DNA of 64,000 nucleotides from Squalus acanthias (Eukaryota). A program made the position numbers and the translations under genes. Location of the stretch: assembly GCA_030390025.1 (NCBI GenBank), contig CM059433.1, positions 23,004,001-23,068,000 of the forward strand. The letters are read 5' to 3'. Below are positions 1-12,625 of the stretch, piece by piece (the first letter of the stretch is position 1; the number at the start of each line of letters is the position of its first letter). The notes under the pieces are model-generated. The model saw nothing but the letters and a program-made list of their open reading frames with translations. It did not search any database and was not told the origin of the DNA.

Positions 1-220
1 TCTTTGAACAGCACCATGGGATCTTTTACGTCCACTTAAGAAGGCAGACGAGGCCTCGGTTTAACGTCTCACCCAAAAGACATCACCTCCAACAGTTCAG
101 CACTCCCTCAGTACGGCACCAGAGTGTCAACCTAGATTTTGTGCTCAAGTGTCTGGAGTGGGATTCTGAACCCAGTTCCTCTGACTTAGAGGTGAGAGTG
201 GTACCCCTGAGCCACGGCTA
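1..220 (-). mobile_element. tRNA-derived SINE (DeuSINE/SacSINE1-like), 5' half
   Basis: Reverse strand starts with tRNA-like head TAGCCGTGGCTCAG...GGTTCAG..TCC, followed by a body matching the copies at 673-1449 and 35458-35800. Confidence 0.8.
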
Positions 221-299
221 GAATGTTTACAATACCTTAATTCAATCACAGCACATACAAATGACAGAACAAAATCAGTAGCATGCAGCTTACATCATA

Positions 300-670
300 A
301 ATTTTGGAATCCTTCTCTTGACCATCTTCTAAGCATTCCAAACATCTGTTTGATCACCCAAAACATCTGTTGTATGAGCATCTTGGTTCTCCCATGTGCC
401 TCATTTTAGTTGTGCTCTGCTGTAATATAGAGTTTGCATCAAGGTGTCATCAGCTACGATTTCAGCAAATAACCAATATCTTTTCCATCTGAAGAATTGG
501 GGCATACGTGATTGTATGTGAATGGAGGTATTGTGAACATTCCCTGGAAAGTGTACCTTTACGTGCGCGACTTCCTGGTAAAGGTCAGACACGATTTATA
601 TGCTCTGCCTATTGAGGTATCAGAAGGCAATGTTCAAAAGTGTGCATATTGTCATTTGTATCCATGATGT
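300..670 (-). pseudogene. Ancient decayed Harbinger transposase, C-terminal half
   Basis: Minus-strand translation gives FPGNVHNTSI (PGS-HD motif) and EAHGRTK..IKQMFGMLRR (AH-TR-IE-FG-LK-RF motif); frameshifts and stops. Confidence 0.65.
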
Positions 671-672
671 GT

Positions 673-1449
673 GTCAGCCGTGGCTCAGTGGGTAGCACAC
701 GCGCCTCTGAATCAGAAGTTTGTGGGTTCACATCCCACTCCAGAGACTTGAGCATAAAAATCTGGGCTGACACTCCAGTGAGAGAGCTTGCTCCAAGGAG
801 GTGACAGTGGATAGAGTTTACTCCAAACACTTCCAAACTGCATACAGCTCAAAAGTGTCTTCCAAGACCTGAAGGCTCAAGCTTCTGACATTGGAAAGTG
901 AACAGCTGTGAAATGGTAACTTTCAGACCACTTTTACAGCTGTCACCTATTCACAGCAATGGGGAGACATAGAGAACCCGACACTTACCTGACAAGATCC
1001 CTGAGCAACGGAAACGTTGTAAAAAAAGTGGTAAAATGGAAATAGGCTGGCAAAATTGTAGTTAACAAGCATTTAACAAGCACTTAACTATCTTAAATGC
1101 CTCCCCTGCCACTTAGTATCGAGTCTGTTCTGAAATCGCAGACCCGACACTTTGGAAACTTACATGGAGGCGGGTTCAGAGCGGGCTCCCAGCCCGCTGT
1201 CAATCATTTCGATTTTGACAGCAGACCCGCCTCCAATCCCGCACTTCGAACGCCGGCAAAATTCAGCCCAGAATATCTGGTCAGTATCACATTGCTGTTT
1301 GTGGGACCTTGCTGTGCGCAAATTGGCTGCCGCATTTCCTACATTACAACAGTGACTACACTTCAAAAAGTGCTTCATTGGCTGTAAAGCGCTTTGGGAC
1401 GTCCAGTGGTCGTGAAAGACGCGATAGAAATGCAAGTCTTTCTTTCTTT
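673..1449 (+). mobile_element. DeuSINE-like SINE interrupted by a Harbinger-derived fragment
   Basis: tRNA-like head 673-780; 3' body and tail 1271-1449 ending GCTTTGGGACGTCC...ATAGAAATGCAAGTCTTTCTTT; same family as 35458-35800. Confidence 0.8.
781..1270. mobile_element. Right-end fragment of a non-autonomous Harbinger-like element
   Basis: Similar to 6150-6641 (GAGGTGACAGTGGATAGA...CTCCAAACACTT...GAACAGCTGTGA); ends AAAATTCAGCCC, like the other TIRs in the window. Confidence 0.65.
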
Positions 1450-1454
1450 AATGA

Positions 1455-1630
1455 TGATGCGGAGATGCCGGGGTGTTGGACTGGGGTGGACAAATGTGAT
1501 AGGTCGCACAACACCAGGTTATAGTCCAACAGCTTTATTTGAAATCACAAGCTTTCGGAGCGCTGCTCCTTCGTGTGATTTCAAATAAAGCTGTTGGACT
1601 ATAACCTGGTGTTGTGCGACCTATCACATT
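1455..1630 (-). mobile_element. Penelope-derived hairpin insertion (family A)
   Basis: 58-bp inverted arms 1492-1549 and 1574-1631; TSD TTTCTTTAATGA at 1443-1454 and 1631-1642; truncated hammerhead core in the loop. Confidence 0.8.
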
Positions 1631-1659
1631 TTTCTTTAATGAGTACAACATGATTGCAT

Positions 1660-2000
1660 ATCTGCGCAAATTGTATGCAGTCACCACTAGAAGATCCTGA
1701 TGCCTGCAGCATGGTACAAAAGTCTATGTACTTGTTTTCGTGACAAAATAAGGCACTTGGCACCTCTTTAATGTCGGGGTGTGTGCCAAGCTAGCTGACC
1801 CCTACGATGTCTCCTGTAAGGGACTGGAAGCTCTGTGCCATAAAAGCTGAGGTACACCTGGCGTTCACTGCCACTGGCGGTGTAATGCAGATGGTGGGCT
1901 GTGCGTAGAAGACTTATCAGATGGCAGAGATGGGAAACAGCCAGCCCGCTGAGGCATTCTCCTTCAGAGGCCAAGTTAGCTCATTCTGTTATGGTACAGT
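1660..2000 (-). pseudogene. Ancient decayed Harbinger transposase, N-terminal half (continues at 300-670)
   Basis: SEGECL..VSHLCHLI, LSFYGT..FQSLTGDIVGVS, DIKEVPSALF align to the N-terminus of the transposase at 9394. Confidence 0.65.
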
Positions 2001-2237
2001 ACAACAAACTTAAAAGACACTCTCAGCTGCTTCCGGTCTACTTCCTGTGTCCTCCGACCTCTGAGACTGACCACTGCTCATTTTCGTGCTTCTCCTCCAT
2101 AATGTCTGGCGATGCTGCAACCGTCCTATTGCACAAAATAAAAGAATAAATTTATACACGCACTGTACACAGGAGCTGGGATTATTCCCGCTGCGGCGGT
2201 GTTCAGGCAAGGTGCAGCATTCGCCTGCTCCTCCAAC

Positions 2238-2379
2238 CAATGTTCCCTGTGAGCCGGGCATCAATCTGTGAAAGGTGCCGTGCGGGCCGCTCGCAAGCTG
2301 TCCCGTTGAAGGGACTGTGCGTGCTGCAACTTTAAAGGTACCGCGCTTTTAAATAAACAATATTTTAGAGGGAGCATTG
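2238..2379. mobile_element. hAT-type MITE
   Basis: TIRs CAATGTTCCCT / AGGGAGCATTG; 8-bp TSD CCTCCAAC/CCTCCAGC; same termini as 58394-58539. Confidence 0.75.
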
Positions 2380-2859
2380 CCTCCAGCATCGTGGGAACCC
2401 GTTTGCATTCAGCGGGCAGGAAGGAGTGACCAGCAGTGGTCCTAGAGGGGACGGGGGAGGAATTTACCGTTCGGAGCCGTGTGCATTTTCCGTCAATCTC
2501 CGGCGCTATTCCACCCAAAGGTGGGCGAGATCATGGATGAGAATCCCATGGAAGTCGAAGGATGAAGATTTTTTTTCACAAGGAAGCCTTAATTGCTGTT
2601 TAGCAAGGCATAAACAGGCTAAACACAACTTTAACCTCAGGTCTGTCCATTAATGGTCATTGCACAAGCCTATATGAGGGAGAAATTCTAGACAAAGCAC
2701 TGGAAGTGCAAATTCTTCAAATTCCTGCACGTTAATGCTCAGTTTGTGCATAGGCTAAATGGAAGACTGGAAAATCCATAAGCACCAATTATAACTCAGG
2801 GCATGAGTGTAGTGTGCAGGGGCCGGGGCGGGCAGCTAGTTGCTATGAGGCTTGAGGCA

Positions 2860-3428
2860 GGGCGATTTTAACTCTTGGGCCTCATTACCATGTTGGAGGA
2901 CGGGCTCCTGCCCAAACCCAGCTGGAATCACTAGGTGGCAGGCGGACAGGAGCAGGATTTTGCTCGGCAAGAGGCACCACTGTGGGACCGAGAGAACTGC
3001 CCCTGGTACTGATAATTGTCAAGTGGGTGGTCGGGAGGGGATTGTGGTTGGGGGAGGGGGGGGGTGTGGGGGGAGGAGAAGAGAAAACCATGGCAAGGCA
3101 GGCTTGCTCTTCCTGGCCCACAAGGAAACCTTACAAAAATTCAAAATTTACCTGGGCCTCTTCTGACCACACTACTGCCTGCCGGACAGTTTATACTGGC
3201 AGGTGTGCGACTGGCATTGGTTTAAAATCGAGTCGGGGTCCAAATAACGTCACCAGACTGCGACTTTGAGATTTTGATGAGGCCCCCAGTCTTTCCTGAC
3301 TCCAATATCAGTGCTATCAAAATGATGGTGGGCACGAATGCATCAGGAACGCAGCGGGATGGGTTTCGACTGCCGTTTCAACCAAATGCCCTCCCTGTTC
3401 CTGGGCAGACGGGGTTAAAATCTTGCCC
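2860..3428. mobile_element. Harbinger-type MITE
   Basis: Termini GGGCGATTTTAAC ... GTTAAAATCTTGCCC. Confidence 0.55.
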
Positions 3429-3685
3429 TTGTCTAGGTCACTGAACACTTCCAAATTCACAAAATAAAATACTACTTCTTATCCTAGCTAATGTGATGTT
3501 ATCCAGCTCGCTGCAGCGCGCACACACACTCGTAGCTGAACAAGTTTGGGAATTTGATGAGGAGTACCGACATTCTACCTCAGCTAAAACGATTTATTCC
3601 TCAACAGCCCACTAGTGACAGTCAAGTGGCCCAGAGAGCTGGGTTACACATATAATGAGCAGTGAGTGTTGGCCAGAATGATTGA

Positions 3686-4006
3686 CAAGCAAACACTAAT
3701 GAACTGGGGTCACTGTCATACCCAGTTGTAGCATTGGATAATGAATATTGTGGGATATGTGGTACAGAACTGTCATACAGAGCTGAATGTAATGTAGGTC
3801 TGAATGTATTGGAATGCAAACATGAATGCAAGAGGTTATTGCAAGCTACTGCTCCAGGCAAAATCAGGGACACAAATCAGAAGTGTCTCCAGTGCTGTCC
3901 TTCAGCCTTTGAACACTGTAAGCATGTGTGCCTTTTAGAAGTTCAAACCCAAGCTAGGAAGAGTTTAAAGATGTCCCCGGTGTATTACAATTCACTGAAC
4001 ACATAA
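3686..4006 (+). other. Cys-rich open frame with a degenerate RING-like pattern
   Basis: CGIC-x18-CKHEC-x18-CLQC; no ATG; possible donor GTAAG near 3917. Confidence 0.25.
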
Positions 4007-4441
4007 AACAAGCAGCTGGAGTAATCCAGGAATGATGAGATGAAGGAAAATAGATTTGGTCACCATAGGATTCATTCATAAAATGGTTCCTACCTTGCAG
4101 CTCAGATCCATACACTCTGCATGCATCCAATAAATTTGCAATTTAGTTTTCAATTCCAAGCCATATGGTTAAACATTCAATACAGATTGTGGATAAAACC
4201 ACTTAAAGTAAAAACTACAAGGTTTCCAAATCTTATGGCTATCAGAAAAACTTAGATTGTCATAGCACAGGATTTTAATTGTCAAATTCCCCAAACCCTG
4301 TTTCCCGTGGCTAATGATGGACCAGAATATATTCAGGCACAGAAACGCATACCTGAAACAGGTGGGAGCTTCTTTTTAACAGTGGCATAATAACACCTCC
4401 ATTATCTTTTTCTGGCTATGAGTACTTTAATCCTCTCATAA

Positions 4442-6870
4442 AATCATAGAATGGTGCAGCACAGAAGGAGGCCATTTGGCCCATCATGCCTGTGCCGGCT
4501 CTTTGAAAGAGCTCTCCAATCAGTCCCACTCCCCCGTTCTTTCTTCAGAGCCCTGCAAATTTACCCCCTTCAAGTATTTATCCAATTCCCTTTTGAAAGT
4601 TACTGAATCTGCTTCCACCATCCTTTCAGGCAGTGCATTCCAGATCATAACAACTCGCTGCAGAAAAAAATGTCTCCTCATCTCTGGATCTTTTGCCAAT
4701 TACTTTAAATCAGCGTCCTCTGGTTACCGACCTTTCTGTCATTGGAAACAGTTTCTCCTTATTTACTCTATCAAAACCGTTCATGATTTTGAACAACTCT
4801 ATTAAATCTCCCCTTAACCTTCTCTGCTCTTTGGGAAAAAAACAGCTTCTCTAGTCTCTCCACGGGCTGGACTTTACCAACCTTGGCGGGTCCGTGACGG
4901 ACGACGTCGGTGGCGTGTCCCGGCCTCGCTGCCGGCTCCATCCCGCTATCCAAAATGATTTTACGTTGACTGGGCTTGTGAAGCCCGCGCAGCACGTTTG
5001 CCGGCCAATTAAAAGGAAGCAAGTCTGATGATGTCATGTGATGACGCGTCATCAGCCAGTTTCCTTAAAGGGACCATGCGCAAATTGATTTTGACAGTTG
5101 TGCTGTCAGTGTTCTACAGCATTGAGGTGCTGCAAACACTGACAAGCACTGCACAAAGGTGGACGGCTGCACCCAGGCTCTCGCATGACTCCCTCCATAT
5201 GCTTATGGAGGGAGTCACAGCATGCAGGGAGGTTCTCTTCCCTTCCAATGGGCGGAAGAAACCTCCCCAGGAGACCAACACAGCCTGGTTGCACATTGCA
5301 CAGGAGGGCCAAAGCAAGAATGTCGTCAGGAGGACCAGGCTGCAGTGGCTCAAGCCTTTCAATGATCTGAGCAGATCACGAAACATTACTGCCAAGCCAC
5401 ACTCAACCTCTTCCTGCTGTGCCACTCATCACATCCCCATCACTCTGCCTTCCCTACCGTACTCCTGCATATCTTTACTCACACCAACTTACCTTGCACC
5501 TCCACCCATCCCTCTCTATCTACATTATCACTTCCCCCATCTCACTAGCCACCCCTCACACTCACCCTCACCCTACTGCAAGCATACCAACTAACAACAC
5601 ACAAGGGTAGGCACTTGAGTGGTTTAGCCAATGTTCATGTGAAGTTTCTGTTGATGTACTGTCAAACATTGAAATCTTTATTTTGAATACTTTGCATTCT
5701 TGGACAGATCTGTGTGCCCCTTTGGAAGTGGCTTAGTGAGTTGCAGTGAAGGGTGAGACATAACGATACCCCGCGCAATGGTGATGAGTGCGAAAGGAAT
5801 GGTTTGGGCATTGCAAGGATGCTTTATGGAGTTGGTGCCAACTTGGCGCATCATGTGGCAGCCAGGGTGTACAGCATCAAGTGAAGTAAATCTGGCCTTG
5901 GTGAGGCCATCCCTGGCTTCCCGGGCAGCAATGTAGTTGGGTACTGATGCCCTGTGTCCTGTGCAGCATCAGTTGATTGCGGAGAAGGTTGGTGTTGTTG
6001 TTGGTGCTGCTGGTGTGCCTGGTGCTGTTGGTGTTGGGGCTGATCGTGGTGGGATTCTGAGGACCAAGGTGAGATAGTTTCAAGGGCACCGACGCTGATG
6101 TAATAGATGGCAGGTGAACTTGAGATGACAGAAGCGATCTGTCAATGGTGAGAGAGGTTGTTCCAATGAGGTGACAGTGGATAGAAAGTTTTCTCCAAAC
6201 ACTTGCAACCTGCATAAAGCTCAATCTGTCTTCCAAATGCAGTAAGCAACAGCTTCTGAGCTTGGAGAGTGAACAGCTGTGAGATGGGAGCTTTTATAGC
6301 ACATTTGCAGTTGTCAAGTAATGAGATGATTCCATGGTCATACAACTCCCGACCTGCTTACCTGACGTGATCCCCGAGCAGCGTAGACCCCGTGGGTGGC
6401 CTGGTAAACTCTGAAGGTGAGCTCAAAATAGTTCTTAACGGTCTGTAACAAGGTCATAATGACCTAAATTGCCTCCCCCGCAGCTGCGTGTCGGGTCTGC
6501 TCAGTGTTGACAGACCCGACATTTGGGAAGGGCGCGTGGCAGTGGGTTGACAGCGGGGTCCCGACCCGCTGTCAAAAAAAAACATTTTCCCACCCGACCT
6601 GCCACCAATCGTGCCTGCTGACCCCCCGAAAAATTCTCCCCCATATAACTGAAGTCCCCCATCCCTGGTACCATTCCAGTAACTCTCTTCTGCAGTCTCT
6701 CCAAGGCCTTGACATCCTTTCTAAAGTGTGGTGCCCAGAACTGGACACAATACTCCAGCTGGGGCCTAAGCAATGATTTATAAAGGTTTAGCATAACTTC
6801 TTGCTTTTGTACTCTGTCTGTTTATAATGCCAAGGATCCCGTATGATTTTTTAACAGCCTTCTTACATTA
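4442..6870 (-). mobile_element. CR1 LINE 3' fragment split by an insertion at 4864-6641
   Basis: ATCATAGAA tail at 4442; RT C-terminal peptide LYKSLLRPQLEYCVQFWAPH at 6642-6800. Confidence 0.85.
4864..6641. mobile_element. Non-autonomous Harbinger deletion derivative retaining a Myb/SANT-like exon
   Basis: Termini GGGCTGGACTTT / AAAATTCTCCCC; 3-bp TSD CAC/CAT inside the CR1; plus-strand peptide AAPRLSHDSL..REVLFP..AWLHIA..RRTRLQWLKPFNDL at ~5165-5380. Confidence 0.75.
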
Positions 6871-7269
6871 ATAAGATACATAGATACACTTCTGGTGGAC
6901 TCTAATGGTTAATTTTGCTACTTGTTTTGTGCCATATACTTGTGGTCCCAGGTGTATCATACTTCCATAAATACAGCCATAATCATTAAGCTGTCAGACT
7001 GGGACAATTTTAGGACTAGTCCTTTATAACGATTCCTCCCGTCTCCTGGTAGCTATGTGTTTTTTTTTAATTAACTCTCTGGCTTGCTAAAGTATAAGTT
7101 AAGACAAGCCTTCAAATGTATTTTCAGTTATTTCAAAACAAAATCTGACCCACAGCAATCTGTAAGAGTTTTATTTCTGGACAGTAGTTGATTTAATTTG
7201 CATTGGCATTTTCAGTAAATATGAACTATGTGGGCACAATGAAAAGAAATGATTAAAAATCGGAAAAGT

Positions 7270-7497
7270 AGAAGCTTGAGTTGACCCAATGGCCATTGGG
7301 ACGGGGAACTGGATGTCCCTCCTGTGCTGTACTTCCTGCAGCAAGATTTCGATAGCCTCCTCCTCGAACTGTAGTGCTTTTCCACTGCCACGACTGCTCA
7401 CTGACATTTTCCAGGACTGCTAGAAGGATATCAGCAGCCGAATCCCAAAAAAGCCCACTGCCCCTTTAAGACCCGCTGCAGCATGTGAATTACCCCC
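7270..7497 (-). mobile_element. Harbinger end with Myb/SANT N-terminal fragment
   Basis: MSVSS..KALQFEEEAIEILLQEVQHRRDIQFP; upstream CTTAAAGGG motif; terminus GAATTACCCCC followed by TAA. Confidence 0.6.
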
Positions 7498-8056
7498 TAA
7501 CCACCTACGACACAACATTGACTGAACCTGGAAATACTGCCGGGTACCGTATTGTACAAGTTGGATTTGTACAAACCGTTCGAATTTTGCTGGGTGCTGG
7601 AATGAGGTGCAAATTAGCTCTAATCAGCCTTCCTAATGCACAAGACGATAAATTGCTGATCCATCTCCAACAATATATTTTCACTGTATTAGAACTGAGA
7701 TTAGGGCCGTGCCTATTGAACATCAATTGCAGACGGTTATGCTAAATATCTTCAGTCACTCCAGCTGCATGCTGCATTTGAAAACAATGGTACACATCAC
7801 AAAGGATTATTGTGTTTGGATTATTTATGTACAAGCAAACTGGCCATTCCTTTTGTTTGCTGTTATTTATTGAGTGTTACTAACATATTTCATTATAATA
7901 AAGCAGGGGGGGAGGGGGAGAAAAGGCCATTCAACCAATCATGCCACTCTGTACCCAGACCATGTACAATTAAGTCTACAATGGACTTTACCCAATGCAT
8001 ATAATTTTCTAAGGACTGAAACTCCAGAATTTTTATCTATCCCTGTAATCTATCTT

Positions 8057-8813
8057 GGGCCGTATTGTCCGATCGGAGGCTTCCCGCGTGCGGAGGCCTG
8101 CGATCTGGAAAAAATCTACGCCCTTACCTGAGGGCTCCCGGGACGCACACGCTTCCGCTCCTGGGCCTCTCGAACTCCAAGTGTGCAGGGCCTACGTATC
8201 CCAGAGGCGCAGGCGGTTCGCAAACGTCCGTGGGATCACGTGGGCCATGGGGAGCCAATCAAAGAAGGGAATCTCCCTTCATACACTTGACAGGAAGACC
8301 TGTCAAATATATGAATGGAGATCACCCCAAAAACATAGTAAAACTTCAAATACATTTTTTAAAAAATCACAATTTTAAAATGACTTGAAATTACAATAAA
8401 TTAAATATTTTAAACAAAAATGTAATTTTTTGAAAAAAATAATTAAAGTTTTTTACGGGGCTAAAAATAAACTTACCTTTTTTTAAAGTATTTTTAAATG
8501 ATACATCAGTGAAAATGTTTAAAAAACTTTTTTTCAACTCTTACCCTGGTAAAAGCAGGCCATACGCCTGCTTTTACCAGGCGTAAGAATTGTAAGGGTT
8601 TTCTGCGGGCGGAGGGTCTCCAAAAAGCGGAACTATCCGCCCGCAGAGGCCCTTCTCCGGGGCAGGCGGAGGATCTGTCAAGAGGATTCTTGACAGATCG
8701 GAAATGCCGGTTTTCAGCACATGCGCTGTGCATGCCTGAAACCGGCATTTCCGATGTCCCCACGGGTGGATACACAGCGCGTGCACACCCGTAGGGATCG
8801 GAATATCTGGGCC
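8057..8813. mobile_element. Harbinger-type MITE (same family as 20256-20989)
   Basis: Imperfect 18-bp TIR GGGCCGTATTGTCCGATC / GATCGGAATATCTGGGCC; TSD CTT; near-identical second copy; internal hairpins at 8547-8579 and 8698-8754. Confidence 0.85.
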
Positions 8814-9393
8814 CTTATTTCTTGACCAAGTACCTTATTTCCTATAAATGACCATGTCCCACAAGAGTTCAAGAAAACCATTCAGTTCTGAAAAATTAAG
8901 GGGGAGAAATTCGGTATGTTAGCGCCTCCCGTTAGCGCCTGGGGGGGCGCTAACAGGGCGCTAATGGGTTTGCGGCGGGGTGCGGCAAATCCAACGCCGC
9001 ACGCGCAATTCACCCGGGATTTAGCGCTGCCACTAACATTTAGCGCCTAGGCCTTTAGCGGCTCCCAGATCATGACGTCACTGACTTATGAACCCCCCAT
9101 TAACGGCCCAGATGAAATATTGACGTTCGCCCCCCTGCCTTGGCGCCTGGCCTGAACAACGGCAGGAAGAGGAGGCGTGATGCATCGGGATGGCTGCTGT
9201 AGGAGCGGTATTTAGAGGGATCACCATCTGCTTTCATTTTAGTCGCTAATCAATGCTGCCTTCTCAGTTTCACATAGCGAAAGTGCTGATTTCAGTGAGT
9301 TAAACGTTTGTAACTTTCAGGAGTGTTCTGCCACCTAAAAATTTGTCAGTTTCATTCTGTTAACATTTGGAAGTCCTACACTTGGTTACGTTA

Positions 9394-10557
9394 ATGGGGG
9401 CTGTACTGGCACTCGACCTCGCCCTCCAGCATCAACGTCGGAGGTAGAGACAAACATTGGAAAATGTGGCCAGAGGGAGGAGGGCCAACAGGGCTCTCAA
9501 CAGGAGGCCTTACCCTCCCAGGGTATTCTGGCAGCTCTTCTCCCACATAAATTTTATTGAGGAGCAGTATCTTAGAAGGCTCTGCTTCACCAAGGAGGTG
9601 GTCACAGAGCTCTGCCACCTCCTGCAGCCAGACCTCGAGCCTCAGATTAGGACCACCATGGCTCTCTCAGTGGCAGTCAAGGTCACCGTCGCCCTCAATT
9701 TCTATGCCAGCGGATCCTTCCAGTCTGCAGCAGGAGACATATCTAACATCTCACAGTTTGCCGTCCATTGCTGTATCCGGGAGGTCACGGAGGCTCTCTC
9801 CAGAAGGAGAAGGGACTACATTTCCTTCCCCATCACCAGAGAGAAGCAGGACGAGCGTGCATGTGGCTTTGCCAGGATAGCGGATTTCCTATGGTGCAGG
9901 GCGCCATTGACTGCACCCACGTCGCTTTGCGGGCACCCCATAACAATCCTGAGGTATTCTGTAACCACAAAGGCTACCACTCACTTAATGTGCAGTTGGT
10001 GTGCGGCCACAGACAGCGAACCCTCAATGTGAATGCCCGCTACCTTGGCAGCAGCCACGATGCCTTCATCCTGCACCAGACTTTGTTCCAGCACTCTTCC
10101 AGCCACCACATCAAGCTCACGGCTAGCTGGTCGGAGACAAGGGCTAGCCGCTCTCCACCTGGCTCATGACTCCTCTCCGCAACCCTAACACTCCTGCCCA
10201 GCACTCATATAATGAGAGCCATGCCGCCACTAGGAACATCATCGAGCAGACCATTGGAGTGCTCAAGCAACGATTCTGCTGCCTTGACTGCTCGGGAGGA
10301 GCCCTCCAGGAGTCGCCGGAGCGGGTGTCCCTTTTCGTCGTGGTGTGCTGCATGCTGCACATCTTGGCCATTATGAGGTCCAGCCATTGCCAGCAGCCAT
10401 ATCGAGACCACCTCAGGAGGAGGAAGAGGGAGAGGAGGAGGAGGAGGAAGAGGAGGAGCAACAGGAGGAGGAACAGCAGCGAGGGAGGAGGCAGCCATTC
10501 AATCGGTCTTCTGGAAGGGTGGTCCGTGACCACCTCCTCAGACTACAGTTCCAATAA
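9394..10557 (+). pseudogene. Harbinger DDE transposase (HARBI1-like), frameshifted
   Basis: [69 protein letters not shown] across several frames; early TAG; acidic (GAG)n tail. Confidence 0.92.
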
Positions 10558-10830
10558 ATTCTACCCCACATCCCGGTTGCTCAGAACATCCCCATCATTC
10601 CATCCATTTTGCAGGCCATATCACAGTGCAAAGCTGAAATGAGACACACCACAAATTCTGCAAAATTCAAATAATAAATTTATCAACATTCAGAAAACAC
10701 ATATATACAACAACAATATTAACTAATCACCCTTGTGCAAACCCTTACTTCCCCTCTTTACAATCCTTTTTCCTACTCTAGTCCTCCTACGTAGTCTGTG
10801 CCCAGTGGCTGCAGCAGGGCTGGTGGAAGG

Positions 10831-12625
10831 CTACTGAGTGTCCATGCAGGAGACTTGAAATGGCCTTGCAGGACGTCCTCGACCAGCTCTGCACCTGGAA
10901 GGCCCGGCTGTACACTGCACCACCTCAGCATGGGCGGTGGCAGTCTGGCATGGCTGGATGACAGGTAGCGACAAAGAGCAATGGCAGAGTGGCAGTGGTG
11001 GGAGCAGGAATGCTTTCATCCTGCGAGAGGACAGCAAGTACCTGCTCGACTGACACACTGCCACTCCCCCGGGGCAGCACCTCAGCATCCCTACCAATCC
11101 GCTGGAGCACAGATTGCTGGCCTGCTGTGACACCGTGAGATCCCCGGTGGACTGTGGTGGACCCAGCGACGATGGCATCAGTCAGAGCTTGCATGGCATC
11201 AAGCTGAGACTGCATGAGAGCAGTCTGAGACTCGATGGCAGCAACCACTGATTGCATTACAGCACTAAGACGTTGCATGGTTTTCGCCTGTGCTGCAATG
11301 GCTGCTGCCACATCGCCCATGTCACGCAGCATGAGGTCTGGGTCCCCACGGTCTCTCAGGGAGTCCACCATCCTTTGCAGACTGCCAAGGATGGGCTCCA
11401 TGGTGTGCGCAGAGCTCTGTGCAATGTTGGAGGCGGACTCCTCCATGCTCCTTACTATTGCCAACAGGCTCTCGGGCACCCTTGCCATTGCACCTATCAT
11501 CTCCGTGTGCATGCCTATCACCCTTCTTGTGATCACCTCCTCATCGAGGTCCTCATCTGAGTCGTGTGCAGCAGAACTCGCACACGAACTCGCCCTCCGG
11601 GTAGCTGGCTCCCGAGCTACCCTTTCCCCCTGGCCTTGCTGCAGCCCGCTCATCCCCGGTGCATCACCCAGTGCAGACCCCTCTACTAAACTTGCCTCTA
11701 AAGATCGTGTATTCCCAGTATCTGAGCTGGTGCCTGCGGGGAGACTTGCAGTGATGCAGCGCTTTCTTCCTCCTCCTCTCCTCCCGCCTCACTCTCACTG
11801 GGAGGCTTAGGGACAGGCTGGTCAGCTGGTTGCTGACTCCCTGAAAGCATAAAGGCACAAGACTCGTGTTAAGGTGAGGGCAGGGGGGCGGGAAGGGAGC
11901 AAGGAATGCAGACAGTATAATGAGCTGGAAAGTGGGAAAGGCTTGTGGTGTAAGGGGGATGTGGGATGTGTGAAGAAGGAGTAGGGATGAACATACCGTT
12001 GTTGTCCCCAAGGGGGTCAACATCGGCGATGGCCACACGGCGCCCACCACCTGGCACCCAATAATCTGCAACACTCGCTCCTCCAGGTCTGTAAGCTGTT
12101 GGATGTCTGCTTCACCCCTGCCTGTTCATTCCTGCTCTCTCATATTGTGAGCCAGCTTGGCCTGCGAGAGAAAGGAAAGTGTGTGAGTGAGTGTGCAGCT
12201 ATTTGTTTGGGAGATGTGCTTGCCATAGTTGAATAGCTGTGATTGTAGGCAAGGCGTGAGATGTGGATGTGAGTTTGAGTAGGTGGAGATGCTTGGTGGG
12301 TGAGTGGTGGGGGTGTGGTGGTTTGTGCAGTGTGCACAGACTGAGGTTCAGATGCTGGTATGTCGGACTTGTTGAAGCATGTACTCACCCTGACCACCCG
12401 AGTGAGGTCCTTGAATTTTTTATGGCACTGTGTGAGGGTCCTGAGGACCACACTGCTGGCCGAGACGTCCTGGGCCACTTCCCTCCACATTGGGACCTGG
12501 GGTAATGGCGTCCTGCCAGTGGCCGGGAACTGCACTGCCTTCCTTCTTTTGACTGCCGCGACCAATGCCTCCAATGCCTGGTCACTGAAATGGCGAGCTC
12601 GCTCCCTGGGACTGGGATCAGCCGT
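10831..12625 (-). pseudogene. Harbinger Myb/SANT-like (trihelix) DNA-binding gene, spliced, inactivated
   Basis: Exon RERARHFSDQALEALV..WREVA..RTLTQCHKKFKDL ending at GTGAGT; next exon AKLAHN..TGRG..LTDLEERVL; helical last exon 10925-11653; start codon appears as ACG. Confidence 0.85.

Noticed and set aside
673..760. tRNA gene
   Set aside because: tRNA-like head runs directly into SINE body sequence; the same applies at 150-220 and 19150-19236
9394..10557. Domesticated HARBI1 host gene
   Set aside because: Frameshifts, early stop, and flanking TIRs with TSD indicate a transposon copy
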